Below, piece by piece: positions 29,245 to 41,260 of a stretch of 64,000 bases of DNA (position 1 is its first letter; each line of letters starts with the position of its first letter). The stretch comes from Cystobasidiomycetes sp. EMM_F5 (Eukaryota), in assembly GCA_051047955.1 (NCBI GenBank), contig JBPGPT010000018.1, positions 1 through 64,000 on the forward strand, read 5' to 3'. A program made the translations under genes and the position numbers. The notes beneath the pieces were generated by a model, which saw only the letters and a list, made by a program, of their open reading frames with translations, did not search any database and was not told the origin of the DNA.

Positions 29245-30488
29245 ATGTTTATGCTCCTCAAGGCCGTGTACAGTGGCATTCTGCAGGCCTACCATGCCAA
29301 AGGATCCAGCTGGCAGTCCCGTCTGATGCTCGTGATGGTCCGGGTACTGATGAAGAAGGATGTGCGATTACAAAATACGCAGGATGAATTGCTAGAGATT
29401 GCCCGCGAAGTGGGTCCAGCTGACCCCGTCTGGCGTGCCACGTTCCCGCTCACCTCCCTGTCTTGACTTTGACGTTGCCCAGCGCGCAGCTTCGGTAGCT
29501 ACCATCCCCCCTGCTCCAGACGACGTTGCAGTCAGAGAGATTGCGCTGCCGTCACTCAAGATTGAGTCTACATTGGTCGGAAATCATGGTTGGCGATTCG
29601 TTCTCATCCAGCCGAGAGGCGAGACTCGCAAGAGCGATGCGTTCTGCCTGTACTTTCATGGCGGCGCTTACAGCAATACTGCGACCCCGCAACACTTGCA
29701 GTTTGTGTACGAACTGTGTTCCAGGACTGGATGCTCGTTCCTATTGCCTTTATATCCTCGGCCGCCTGCATCTGCCATTTCACACAAAGAAGTCTATGCA
29801 ACCCTTCTCGAGCTAGTCAATCTCTTCAACAGTCAACGTCTCGCAAGCATGTCTCCGGACGAGCAGAATTTACATGTCGAGGCGCAGAATGCTTCGCAGC
29901 TTGTCTTGATGGGCGACTCTGCCGGCGGCGGAATGGCACTGGCACTGTATCTACAATTGCTCAAGGACGGCGGGACGGGCAGACTGCCAGACAAGGTTGT
30001 ACTGATTTCGCCATGGCTCGATGCGACAATGAGCAATCCCAACATATCAAAATACAATGCCCAGGTAAGCGGTAGCCCGCTGTCAACAAGCATGAGGCAA
30101 AACTGACTTTTGAACGGTGTTTTCGCGCTAACGAAAGGATCCGTGGCTGACAGTACCATACTTGCGCCTCGCAGCGCGCTTATGGGCGGGCTCCACCGAC
30201 ACGGCAACGGATCTAAAGGCCTTGCTGGTCAGCCCTGGCATGGTCTCGGATGCTGCCTTGGCAAAAGTCCAAGAGACGAAAACCCGGACCCTAATGTTTT
30301 GCGGAACCAGCGATCTCTTCTATCCCGACTGTCTGGCCTTCTCGGAGCGGATGAAAACTCTCGGAAACAAGGACTGCACATTCGTCACGGGGCGGGGACA
30401 GGTCCATGTATATCCTATCATGCCGACGTTCATTCCAGAAGTCAAGGAGGCTAGACAGCTCATATGCGATTTTCTCAAGAGTACCTAG
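29245..30488 (+). CDS. Alpha/beta hydrolase, hormone-sensitive-lipase (Abhydrolase_3) family esterase
   Basis: YFHGGAY oxyanion motif, GDSAGG nucleophile, ISPWLD, DLFYPD acid, QVHVYP His; two introns. Confidence 0.88.
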
Positions 30489-30517
30489 TTCTGTAATGGT
30501 ACATTCCTTCCTTTCCA

Positions 30518-31794
30518 TTAGCTAAATTTGCCAGTCATGCATAGAGCTTGTTGGTGCTCCTTTTCTACCCATACTTCGCCTGATTCTGCTAGTTTGATGT
30601 TGTAATCTTCGTCCGCATAGATGGGACTCAAAGCACGATACTCAAAGTTGCTCGGCGTCTGCGTTGCACCATGAGCTTTTCTGAAGAGCTCCAGCATGAG
30701 GACCAGATTGAGCGGTGCGTGAACTACGATGTCGCGATGGCCCTCGACGTCTCGCACCCACGGCTGCGAGTAATGTATTTGATGCGCTTTAGACACGCTC
30801 AGCCAGCTTCGACGATTAGTGCTGGCATGGCGATGCCCACCATTGAATGTCAAAGCGGAGAAGCGAAACAGCGATATAGCAGTCTGATTGTGCTTGCTTT
30901 GCGCAATGACTTTCGACGACGTTTCGTACTTCCGTGGCGACGATGCGGCATCTGCTTTTACTTCTTGCGGATGCGCACTTCTCGCTTGCTTGTTTTGGAT
31001 GTCGAGCTCTGGCAGAAACACCCACTCCCTAAATCATACAAGCGCGAGATTCAGTCTATTCGTCGGCCGCATTCAGCGGATATTGTTTACCTCTGATCAG
31101 TCAGGAGGTCGGCGCCTTGGCTATTTGTAAATGTCTTCTCAACCCCAGCGACAATCATTTCCTTGCCGGCTCTGTTTCGTTTGGGATCCGCTTTGATCAG
31201 TCTAGTCCGCTCCGTGACTGTATCTCCGATACGTAGACCGGGACCATCTCTGTTCGGCCATTTCAATCTACCGCCAGCCCACATTCTTCCTGTGCGTGAG
31301 AATCAGTGTGTGAGTGGAGTATCGTGGCAGGCGGGGTTCTGCTCGCACGCGTAAACGGTCTTTCGGGATTAAAGCTCTTGTCGCTGCCATCTTGACCCAG
31401 AGCTTCTTCTGTGAATGAAGGTGTGAAGTAGACTTAAATTTACAGACTTCTCAGCCAGTCGTACCAGGATAATGGACCATAATGCATACTCAGGTGCCAG
31501 CCTGGTGGCAATGCTATCAAACAAATTAAAGGACAGAAAGAACAGATGCATCAGTTCTTTTCTGCGTTCATTAGCTCTTACAAAACTCAAGCAGCGCTTT
31601 GCTTGAATGCAACACAATCCCGACTAACGCGTTCCAATATCCGGCTGAGTGTCAACCTGTATCCCGGGCTGTATCGGTCTATTCAACGTGCAAGCAAGCT
31701 TCGTCGCCTGATTTGCATCCAGTAGCTGCTTTCTCGAAGTCGCGGATCCAGAAAGACGGGCATAAAAGGCTTCCGCTACAGCTTTAGCAGTCAT
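30518..31794 (-). CDS. HTD2: Hydroxyacyl-thioester dehydratase type 2 / MaoC-like double hot-dog protein
   Basis: Spliced PLPPGWHL, LGQDGSD..FNP..PFTRRMWAGG, LFRFSALTFN.HQIHY, EGHRDIVVHAPLNL and FEYRALSPIY. Confidence 0.85.
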
Positions 31795-32080
31795 GATTTT
31801 TGACAGTCAACAAGAGGCAAAAAAAGCGGAGAGCCGCGAGTCATTTGCAAGCACAGAGGCTATGACGAGACGATGCGGTACAGCAAGGCGCTAATGATGG
31901 GTATGACAGTACGTGCGGGAACATTACAGGCTGCGTTGAAAGCGGATAAAGTTGCGTAAAAAATAGCATTGGGAACTGATAGTATAGTAGCATATTCGGA
32001 ACGAACTGCAAGGCAGCACCTGTTCCTACCTCTCTTGACCAGTGACCCCTCGGTCGGGCACTATGCATACGCCATCCACA

Positions 32081-33032
32081 TCACGCATAGGCTTCCTCTG
32101 CGCTCTGCCTCACTAACCGCCTGACCTTCTTCTTGTATCCCGCATAATCCTCCCTCACTTGTTTTGCCGCATCGACGTTTGCGGGCGAGTCTGTATCTGG
32201 CGTGTCGGCTGATAGCATCGAAATGATGGAGAGGAGCTGCAGTGAGGAAAGCCACCGTGTCAGTGGGTAGTATTGTCAAGTTGAGGACAGATGCCTACTA
32301 TAGACTCTAGCGTGTGTACGGGCAGCCATCGCTCTCCGGCATCCTCGTAGCCCCACTGATCCTGACCTGGTTCGTGCAGTATTGAAATGCACAGCTTACC
32401 ATCAGAGTATACTGCGGTACAGGCATGGATCAGGAGAGTCTAGACGCGTGTACGACTGACACTCGTCACACACCATTCGGATGCCACATGGGAGTCAAGA
32501 ATTTGAATGTTGGTGGCCGCAGTGGGTACTCTGGAGGAAACTTCATTGTCGCTTTCAGGAAACCGCCCTCGCTATAGCATACGCATCAGCTGACTGAAAG
32601 TAGGAGAGTTGTAGATGTTGCTCACTACAGAGTATCTGCGGGCCTGTGTACGGGTACAAATAGTCAGACCAGTCAGATTGGTGGCGATTGATGGTAAAAG
32701 GCGAGCCTACCCGAATATCGTAATCTGTGGATTGTGCAAGGTGTGATCAGTATTGCTGATTGTGATGCTACGGCACTCGTCACTCACATCCCACTCGTAC
32801 ACATTCTCGTCATCGACGAGTCCAGCCGAGAAGCCATCGACCGGGTGTTTGCGCAGAGCTGGAGAGAGTACGAGAGCGACGAGTGAGCCTTGTTGTGGTA
32901 TTTGTAGAGTGAATGCACTCCTGCTGCGACAGTGCCGACACCGGACACTTGCGCGGTGACTGGCACTCTCGACGGCCATTAAAACTTACCTTGGAGCTGC
33001 CTCCTGAGGACGAGCGCTGAAGTGGATGCCAT
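32081..33032 (-). CDS. Ubiquitin-conjugating enzyme E2, UBE2G1/Ubc15-type (acidic loop)
   Basis: MASTSALVLRRQL...VDGFSAGLVDDENVYEW/ITIFG/PADTLY/EGGFLKA..FPPEYPLRPP...[38 protein letters not shown]...SPANVDAAK. Confidence 0.92.
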
Positions 33033-33318
33033 GGATGGGAGTGGACGGTGGGATGAGCGGGTGGGTGAGGATCAAAGAGACTGTTCAGGATTGACGGCAG
33101 CAGTCAACGATAAAAGGGACGGCAGTTTGGGTGGGACAGCAGTGATGCTGGCAGCTGCAGAATGGGCTGGGCCAGCAGTTGACGACGAGCAGAAATGTGC
33201 AGAGTTGTCGGGATTGTTACGAGTTGTCTGGATCCAAGAAGTGATTGAAACGATTGACGCGCAGACGGTCAATTCAAGTGATTGATACTCTGATTAATGC
33301 CAACTGGATACGCAATAC

Positions 33319-33872
33319 ATGCTTGTAATCTCGAGACTGCGTACACTGCGATACTCGACAACGACACTGCTCCTGCTCCTCGCCGTCCTGCACATCCTGG
33401 CAGCGAACACCCGCGTCATGGCAGAAAACACATCGATGGTTGGGAATATTAACGAAGGGCGCAATGGCTCGGAGGATATTGGAAACAACGCACAAGACAC
33501 GCTCAATGGCCAGAGACTGCTCCAAGCGCCGTCGCTGGAAACAGACAAAGAAACGCACAAATTGGATGTGTCGAGTGGGAAAGCTTCGATAGAACTTGGG
33601 CCAGTCGTGGTGAATGAGGACGGTGGGTGAGGGAGGATACGGTGTTGTTATCTGATGCGCTGATGTACGGCGCAGGCACTCTGTCGCGCATCACAAACTG
33701 GGCAAAGATGACTGAACGCGAACGCGCAACGACAATGCGAGTACTCGTCAAGCGCAACAGGGAGCGACTACAGGCAGTCAAGGAACGAGAGGGTGCGAAA
33801 GACGGGGCGGAAGCGTCAGACGACTTGTCAATCCTGTCAGACACGAAACGGGAATCGCATACAGAGCTGTGA
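33319..33872 (+). CDS. Small conserved uncharacterised fungal-type protein
   Basis: Spliced LGPVVVNEDG/TLSRITNWAKMTERERATTMRVLVKRNRERL resembles a recurrent motif in small uncharacterised eukaryotic proteins; start uncertain. Confidence 0.7.
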
Positions 33873-34186
33873 GCAGGGGCGACATCGAATGCCACTAAGG
33901 AACGGCAAGCAAGGTATATGAACGTACACATCCTATGATGCGGCACTACTCTGGGGTTCCTTCCTTCAATTGTACGCTGCAACCGATTCAGCCGTTCCGT
34001 TTCCAGCGAGACTAGAGCACGGAGGTCAAACAATAGCAAAGCCGTCATACATTCATCACGCAATGTCGTCTGACAACAAAGAGCTAATCTCGCTTTTCAG
34101 AGGAGCATCCGGTGCAATACCTCTCTTTCCTTCGCTTCACACACCACTTCATCCCTTCTTGCTGCTCCTCGCCATCTCATCACGCA

Positions 34187-34950
34187 ATGACTACCAAGAG
34201 CCCTCGTCCAGTCGCCGAGGATGACGGATGGGGAATTGCATCACTTTCTCCCGCCATGCAGCGACTAGCCGTCGAGAATGACGGGTGGGGACCATCATCC
34301 CCTTCCAAATCGTCTGGTTCTCCAAAGTTGAGCCGCAAAGATTCGTGGGCGACATTCAAGCCAAAGACTCCCGCTATGGGTAGTGTAGGCTCTCCTCTAG
34401 CTGCCCCTGCACAGCAGTACGACAACGACAACAACGACTATGGCCAAGATGATTGGGATACGGGAAATCCTAAATCTATCCCCTGCCGAAGCTGGCTGCT
34501 CAACAAGAAATGTGATGGGTGGTGCGGTTGCGATCATCCACCTGATCAGGTCTCCCAAGTCATGACCCCAGGTAAGCGCGGAAATTCTGTCTGACAAGTA
34601 TGACCACGTTTTGGTAGAGATATAGTCTGACATGTCTGACTGGTATGGCAGAACATGCTAGCATCAAAGACATCTGCAAAGTCCTGGGAGTATCCAGCAT
34701 TGAAAGACCTGCCGGTTGTCGTCTTCGCACTACAGTCAGTTTTGTTGCGCAATACAATAACGTGACGTTCAGCTGATGCCTAGCACCATTACAGCCAGAC
34801 GACAAGGAAAAGTTGGCAATCCTTCTGCAGGCTCAAGTCGATTACATGGTCTCGGCCATGGTCGATGCGACTGCTTACACTCCCGAAGAGATGGCTACCA
34901 TCAAGGAGCATCTGCGAAAGCTGTTGACGAAGCTGGGAGTAAAGGCTTGA
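34187..34950 (+). CDS. Small hypothetical protein with a CCCH-like motif and DGWG repeats
   Basis: ORF MTTKSPRP...PCRSWLLNKKCDGWCGCDHP, then two putative introns leading to a helical C-terminus (PDDKEKLAILLQ...LGVKA); splice model uncertain. Confidence 0.5.
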
Positions 34951-35083
34951 CTTGGATGTGACACGGTCATAGAAAGGACGCAGCAAATGATGAATGTATT
35001 ACTCTGCTTTGAATAAATCTTGTCTTGAGATGCCATACATGCTTGCAATACTCACTCTCTGCTGACTCAGACAACCTGATATA

Positions 35084-35851
35084 ATGAGTAAATGGGCATT
35101 CCCGCCAGTCGATGGCAGTAGCAGCGAAGCGAGCACATCGTGAGCATGCTGACTTGCAGCTTTTGCGACACCTTTGACGTTGCTTCTTACAATGTCACAG
35201 CAAGTTGCCCAATCCACCGCTATACGCGTCGAGCTCCAGCAGCAATATCAATAGAAAAGGCAACAAGGCCGTGACGACAGCGACATCCACCAAGCCGCCA
35301 GCTGAGGCTCAGCGAGATCTGGAACGTTTAAGAGAAGCCAAAGCTTGGGATCTCGCTCTAGGGCCGGCGAAACAGGTTCCTATGCAGGTAAGTACACGGC
35401 AAGCTTGACGTGTTGGATGCGTTGGGATGCTAAAGAGTATGGTCGTAATTCAGGCATTCATGGTCTACATGTCTGGCGGAGGCCTCCAGATCTTTAGCAT
35501 GATGATTATATTCCAGCTCATCAAAGGAGCCATATCTGGCATGATGAGCGTCAATACCAGCAAGTATTCACCATACACATACTGTCTTCCTACAGCTGCC
35601 TAACGTGAATCCTTGCCGCAGCCTTTGCTCCTCTTCTCGCTCAAACAGTCTCCGCAGCCACAGCTTCATCCGCATCAGCACACAAACATCAAGCTTTCAC
35701 TCAGCAAAAGATTGTACACTGCCTGGCACAAGGCCTATTGCTCGGTTTGGGACTCTATAAATGCCACACGATAGGCTTGCTGCCGACACACGAAAGCGAT
35801 TTCCTCGCGTTTCGTCAACAAGCTGTGGAGACATCATCGATGTTCTTTTGA
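35084..35851 (+). CDS. EMC4: ER membrane protein complex subunit 4
   Basis: LPNPP, KAWDLALGPAKQVPMQ/AFMVYMSGGGLQIFSMM and LGLYKCHTIGLLPTHESDFLAF. Confidence 0.92.
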
Positions 35852-35993
35852 GTTTCAGCTACCATCACGATAGGCATTGACGGTAGAATGATATGATGGA
35901 AGCGTTTGCATTGTACCACTATTATATCTGTACAAGGAAAGCCTCCGCCATCGCCTGCATGTCAACTGATTGCTCCGGTCAAGTACTACAATA

Positions 35994-38693
35994 CTAAGTC
36001 TGCCTAGACCTCATCCCTTGTACACGATGCCTCGCTAGATCAGCGTCCGTCGGGACACTTTCCTCTCCGAGCCAATCCAGTAAGAAGCGGTTGAATGCTG
36101 AAAACTCGCTTTTCAGCGGACCGCTTTCTTCATAGGCCAGCATGAAATCGCACAGTGTTCGGCGACTAGGTATGATGTGCAATTCCTTCATCCAGGAGAA
36201 TGCCAGCGGAATCTCTTCACAGTTGCCATAGTACGATAGCATAGATAGGAAGACACGAAAGCCCGGCGCTCCAGGGGTTAGATGGGCGAAATCTGCACGA
36301 GATGCGTCTGACGCTTTGCCTGCCCGTCGAGTAGACACATCCAATGCATTGGTCAGTTGAAAATTGTCATAGCCACTCTGTCGCACTCCCGTCGGCAAGA
36401 CCATGTCCCTCCACAACTTCTCTGGTCTGGACATGACGGCCCTTCTAGCCCTTCGGTTGGCTTCAGGGTAATTGTTGGCGAGCATCTGCCACCACATTTC
36501 TCGCCATACATCGTGGCGTTGTCGAAAGGGGTGACTTAGGCGTGCTATAAGCCAGCTAAAGCCATGCTCATTCGCGTCATGAAGGGAAGACGGAACCGCA
36601 GCCGACTCTTCAATCTCGACATCGGGGGCATAATGACGTTTGGCTTGCCCAGACTTGCCCGTCGCGAGTCGTCTCTTGACGGAACTTTCTGCTAGTATAG
36701 CCCCAGTCGCAATCGTCAGAGTCGTTTCATTGGGCCGTACATTGTAGACATCCTCCAACTGGTCGTAGACATTCCAAAATGTGCGGAAGCGGAGTGTACG
36801 CTTCAACGCGTTGAGTACTGAGTTCATGAGTTTGATGTCGAGCGTCACAGAATTCCTCAGACTATCGGGCAAATCTTGAATATCTAGAGTATTCATCATC
36901 ATCGCGCTCGCTTCGCCGGCATCCTGCGAGGTATCGACATCGACGGGTGCATCCGGAATTTGCATATCTCGGTCTGCCGGTGTTTTCAAGATTTTGCCGA
37001 AGAATTCGACTACGCGGAGGCCAGCGTCACGATTGCCAAGTTCAGTGATGGCGCAAATGACTTCCTGGAGGGCAGCGGCGTCCAATTCGAGCTTTCCTTG
37101 ATGTACCAACGGTATCACGAGTGAGCGAAAGATAGCAAGAGCTAGGTCAGGCAGCCCGCGACGCAACATTCCGCTCATCAGTACAGTATACGTAACGATA
37201 TTTGGATCGGGCAGATTAACTGACGCAGCATTGCAAATCGTCAGCGTCTTGACAAGCAGGTACGAATCAGCTTACTTACTGTCTAAACGTAAAGTGTCTA
37301 CCACGCGGGAGAGATCATATGCACCGACGTTATCTATGTCGCGCGCTGCGACTGCCAAAATGGCTGTCCAGGCAACAACATCCAATGGCGCGAGGTTTGA
37401 TCGTAAAGCTTGAGATGAGCCGAAGCTGACTGCCGCACCATGCGTAGATGGCTCCGCTACGAAGTTTTGCGTTGGTGCAGGTGCTCGACGCAGCTGATCA
37501 AAGAAGGTCATTGCTGTTTTCGCATCTATCGATGCCATCTCTGATACATCTCGCGGATATCCGTCGTCTAGATGCCGCTCCGGCGAATCGTGCTCATTCT
37601 CAGCCAGAGTAGGCACGGTATTTTTGCGATTCTTCTGAGGCTCTGACTGGCTGAAATATCTGAAGGAAGATATATGTGTCGTACCCAATAGGGACCGTAA
37701 CGGAAAATCCTGTTTAAACGTGAATGGCTCTGTCGACTTGGATGACTTGGATGACTTGAATGACTTGGACGCTGCTTCATAGATGACGAAATTCGACTTT
37801 TCCGGCGACAGTTCTGCTGCGGCAAGAGCTTGGCTCATCCAGAAGTATGACTCCTCGACGTTGCCTGCTTTGGCGTACGCCTGCATGATTCCGTGAGCCA
37901 GATGCGAACGTACTGGCATCAAATGACCTCTACGCTCTAGCAGCTGATGTTCTACCTTATGCAACAGCTTGACCACAGCTTCGACGCACGTCAGATCTAG
38001 AAAATGAGGGTGCGACAGGAGCAGTATGACTGTCGTAGGTGTGGAGACGTAGGACCCCGGGGACGCGAGCAGGTGATGCAGGATGAACTCTAAGAGCGAA
38101 GTCATGAACTGCGATGAAATGTCGGCTGAGAAGGGCTGGGACAGAATGCTGCGGAGAAGCTGGTTGACCTGAGAGCTAGAAAGACTGACGACCCCTTCAT
38201 ATGCGCTGTTATGCCTTGGATTCGGCGAGAGAAAGATTGCCTCGATGACTTCTCTGGCTCCTGCGTAGTGCCCACACTCCAACAGCTTGCTGATGATGTA
38301 GCCTGAGGTGTTTCGAATATCGCGCAGCCTGTGTTCGTTGTCGTAGTCCCGAATCCACTGCAGCAAAGCCTGGGCATCCCTGCGAGTTTTAATGAGGGGT
38401 AGTAGTCGTTTCAGAGGCATTGATTGGGAGCCAGATAGATGCCATTCGAACGATGGCTGCGAGGTGTTGGCAACTTCTTGCGCAGCGGCGTCAACCTTAT
38501 CCATTGCCGCAGAAGACATGGAGGCTATGGGCGACGAAAGCGGGGCATTTCGGTGAAAGTTAAAGCGCCTCGACGTCCAGACGTGCTGAGTGTGAGCACG
38601 CTGTGACTGCCGGGCGACATGCTGGACGATGAGATATCTTTGCGTTCTGAGACTCGAGTTTGCATTTATCGCCAGGGAAGTCGCTTTTCGCAT
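35994..38693 (-). CDS. Pentatricopeptide-repeat (PPR) protein, probably mitochondrial
   Basis: PPR-like repeats DVVAWTAILAVAAR, PNIVTYTVLMSGMLRRGLPDLALAIF and DIKLMNSVLNAL...VRPNETTLTI; Arg/Ser-rich N-terminus; start uncertain (38693 or 38777). Confidence 0.75.
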
Positions 38694-38917
38694 CAAGATG
38701 GCAGCATATTGTAAGCCTAGACCAGCGCAGTCATCATGGCAGCTCTTTGCGCAGTCATGTATGTTTGGTTGTCGCAAGAAAGAGACGGTCTTTAAATTTC
38801 CAGCTCTCTTTCAAATCATTCCGAACTCGAGTGATTTGGATCGCTGCACCTCGCCAATACTGAAGCTGCCAGCATATCCAGTCTGATTTCAGCTGCGTGT
38901 TGAATATCCTCAGCGCC

Positions 38918-40762
38918 ATGGCTCCAGCATCCAAACGGACGCCGCTGTCTGATGCCAGCGACAGCGACGACGACGATATCGACGACGACGACTCCGAAAA
39001 TGGCCAGAACGGCGTTGCTACCGAGAATATCGAGGAAGTTGTCCCAGAAATCAAGCTCGATGTCTCAAAGCTCCACCCGCTCAGCCCAGAGGTCATTCAA
39101 AAACAGGCTACCATCAATATCGGTCAGTTTGCAACGGATGCGCGGAATGGGCTCGCTGTCAGGATGGCCATGCAGTCGTGCACGCTGTCGTAGCCTGCTT
39201 GCTGGCACAGGCAACGAGATCCGCCGTCCTGACTCGCTGCGAACAAATTGCCAACTTTTGGAGCTGAAACTTGTGTTGGCCGCATTGACTTGCAGGAACT
39301 ATCGGACACGTAGCGCACGGTAAATCTACAGTCGTCAAAGCCATATCTGGCGTCCAGACTGTCCGTTTCAAGGACGAACTCGAAAGAAATATCACAATCA
39401 AGCTCGGTTACGCCAACGCAAAGGTACAGGGTTTGCATTCCTATTCTGAGCTTCTCTCTCTAACGTTCCATGCAATATGCTGTCCCCATCCGAAAGATCT
39501 ACGAATGCCAAAACCCCGCCTGCGAGAGACCCGGGAGTTTCAAATCTTACCCGTCAGCCAAAGAAGCAGAACCATTGTGCGAACAACCTGGATGCGGAGG
39601 GAAAATGAAGCTGTTGCGTCACGTCTCCTTCGTAGACTGTCCCGGCCACGATATTCTCATGGCTACCATGCTTAACGGTGCTGCTGTCATGGACGCCGCG
39701 CTCCTACTTGTGGCTGGAAACGAAACCTGTCCGCAACCGCAAACGTCAGAGCACCTGGCAGCCATCGAGATCATGAAGTTGAAGCATATTATCATTCTCC
39801 AGTACGTCATTCGCCCGCACTAGCCTTGGGCTGTCTGATCTGAGTACCACATATCACGCAGAAACAAGGTCGATCTTATTCGAGAACAGCAAGCGGAAGA
39901 GCACCATCAGCAAATCCTCGATTTCGTCCGCGGCACCGTGGCCGACTCTGCTCCGATCGTTCCCATATCCGCCCAGTTGCGCTACAATGTTGATGCGGTC
40001 GTAGAGTATATTGTCAAGCACATTCCCGTTCCCGTCCGCGACTTTACCTCCGACGCCCGTCTCATCGTTATCCGGTCATTCGATGTCAACAAGCCAGGCG
40101 CCGAGGTTGATGAGCTGAAGGGCGGGATTGCCGGAGGGTCAATCTTGACGGGTGTCTTGAGGCTTGGACAAGAAGTAGAAGTACGGCCAGGTCTAATTAC
40201 CAAAGACGAGAACGGCAGGACAAGATGCAAGCCAATCTTCTCCCGCATTGCTTCCCTTCTAGCCGAAAAGAACAATCTCGAATTTGCAGTTCCAGGCGGA
40301 CTTATCGGTGTCGGCACAAAGATTGATCCGCAGCTCTGCAGAGGAGATCGAATGGTCGGTCAGGTTCTTGGGGCCGTTGGCACTCTGCCCGCAATCTACA
40401 TTGAGCTTGAAGTGAATTTCTTCTTGCTGCGACGGTTGCTTGGTGTCAAAACGGACGACAAGCGTCAGACCAAAGTCACAAAACTCATCAAGGGAGAGGT
40501 GCTTATGGTGAACATTGGCTCAACGTCCACCGGTGGCAAAATTGTTGGTGTCAAGGCGGATCTGGCAAAGATCATTCTCGTAAATCCTGCATGCACAGAA
40601 GTTGGCGAGAAGGTTGCGTTAAGGTATGCAATGCCTCACTATACCGGACACTGTGAGGAGCTTGACTAATTTGGCTGTTATTTGTTTAGTCGTCGTATTG
40701 AACGGCACTGGAGATTAATAGGTTGGGGCAGCATTGCCGCTGGCAAAACGACTGATATGTGA
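38918..40762 (+). CDS. GCD11: Translation initiation factor eIF2 gamma subunit
   Basis: [78 protein letters not shown] and [14 protein letters not shown]. Confidence 0.98.
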
Positions 40763-41260
40763 CGGTTACGTCTGGCCTATGATGTACTTCTTCCTACTTC
40801 AGCCTGTCATGTTGGTTTCCGTGGCAGATGAGTAGTCTTGACGCATCAATCACATTTTTCTTGCGTAGCTCCAGTCCTGACGAAGCTTACGGTACTGACG
40901 TTGGGGCTAATGAATCTTGTGCAAAGTCCTGTGCAAAGATGTCCTGGTTCAGCCCAGGCGTTACTAGACAAACATTCTGCGCTGGACGCGCTTCGACTAA
41001 AGTCTCCCGTTATTTCGGACAATAAACGATGCCAGCGTCCCAAGAGTCGGAAAGTTAATTTCTGCATTGCAATTCAGCGGAACATGTCCACTCCTCTACA
41101 GCGAAAGGACATTATCCTTTCAGACCAATGGCTGTGCGTGGCGAGGTTTCTCTGACAGTGTCCATTCCACACTTCACGCCACTTCCTCTCCTCAGCTCTG
41201 CAATCCAGGACCACGACTATCGTTCTAACACTGATCTCAACCCACAAACACCCGACGAAG

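Noticed and set aside
39982..40317. Antisense ORFs over GCD11 (and similar ones over VPS34, ENV7, the Myb gene and BYE1)
   Set aside because: Shadow ORFs expected from codon bias on the strand opposite real genes
40760..40831. GCD11 TGA-CGG stop context with a short open extension
   Set aside because: The extension has no targeting signal or other support for readthrough
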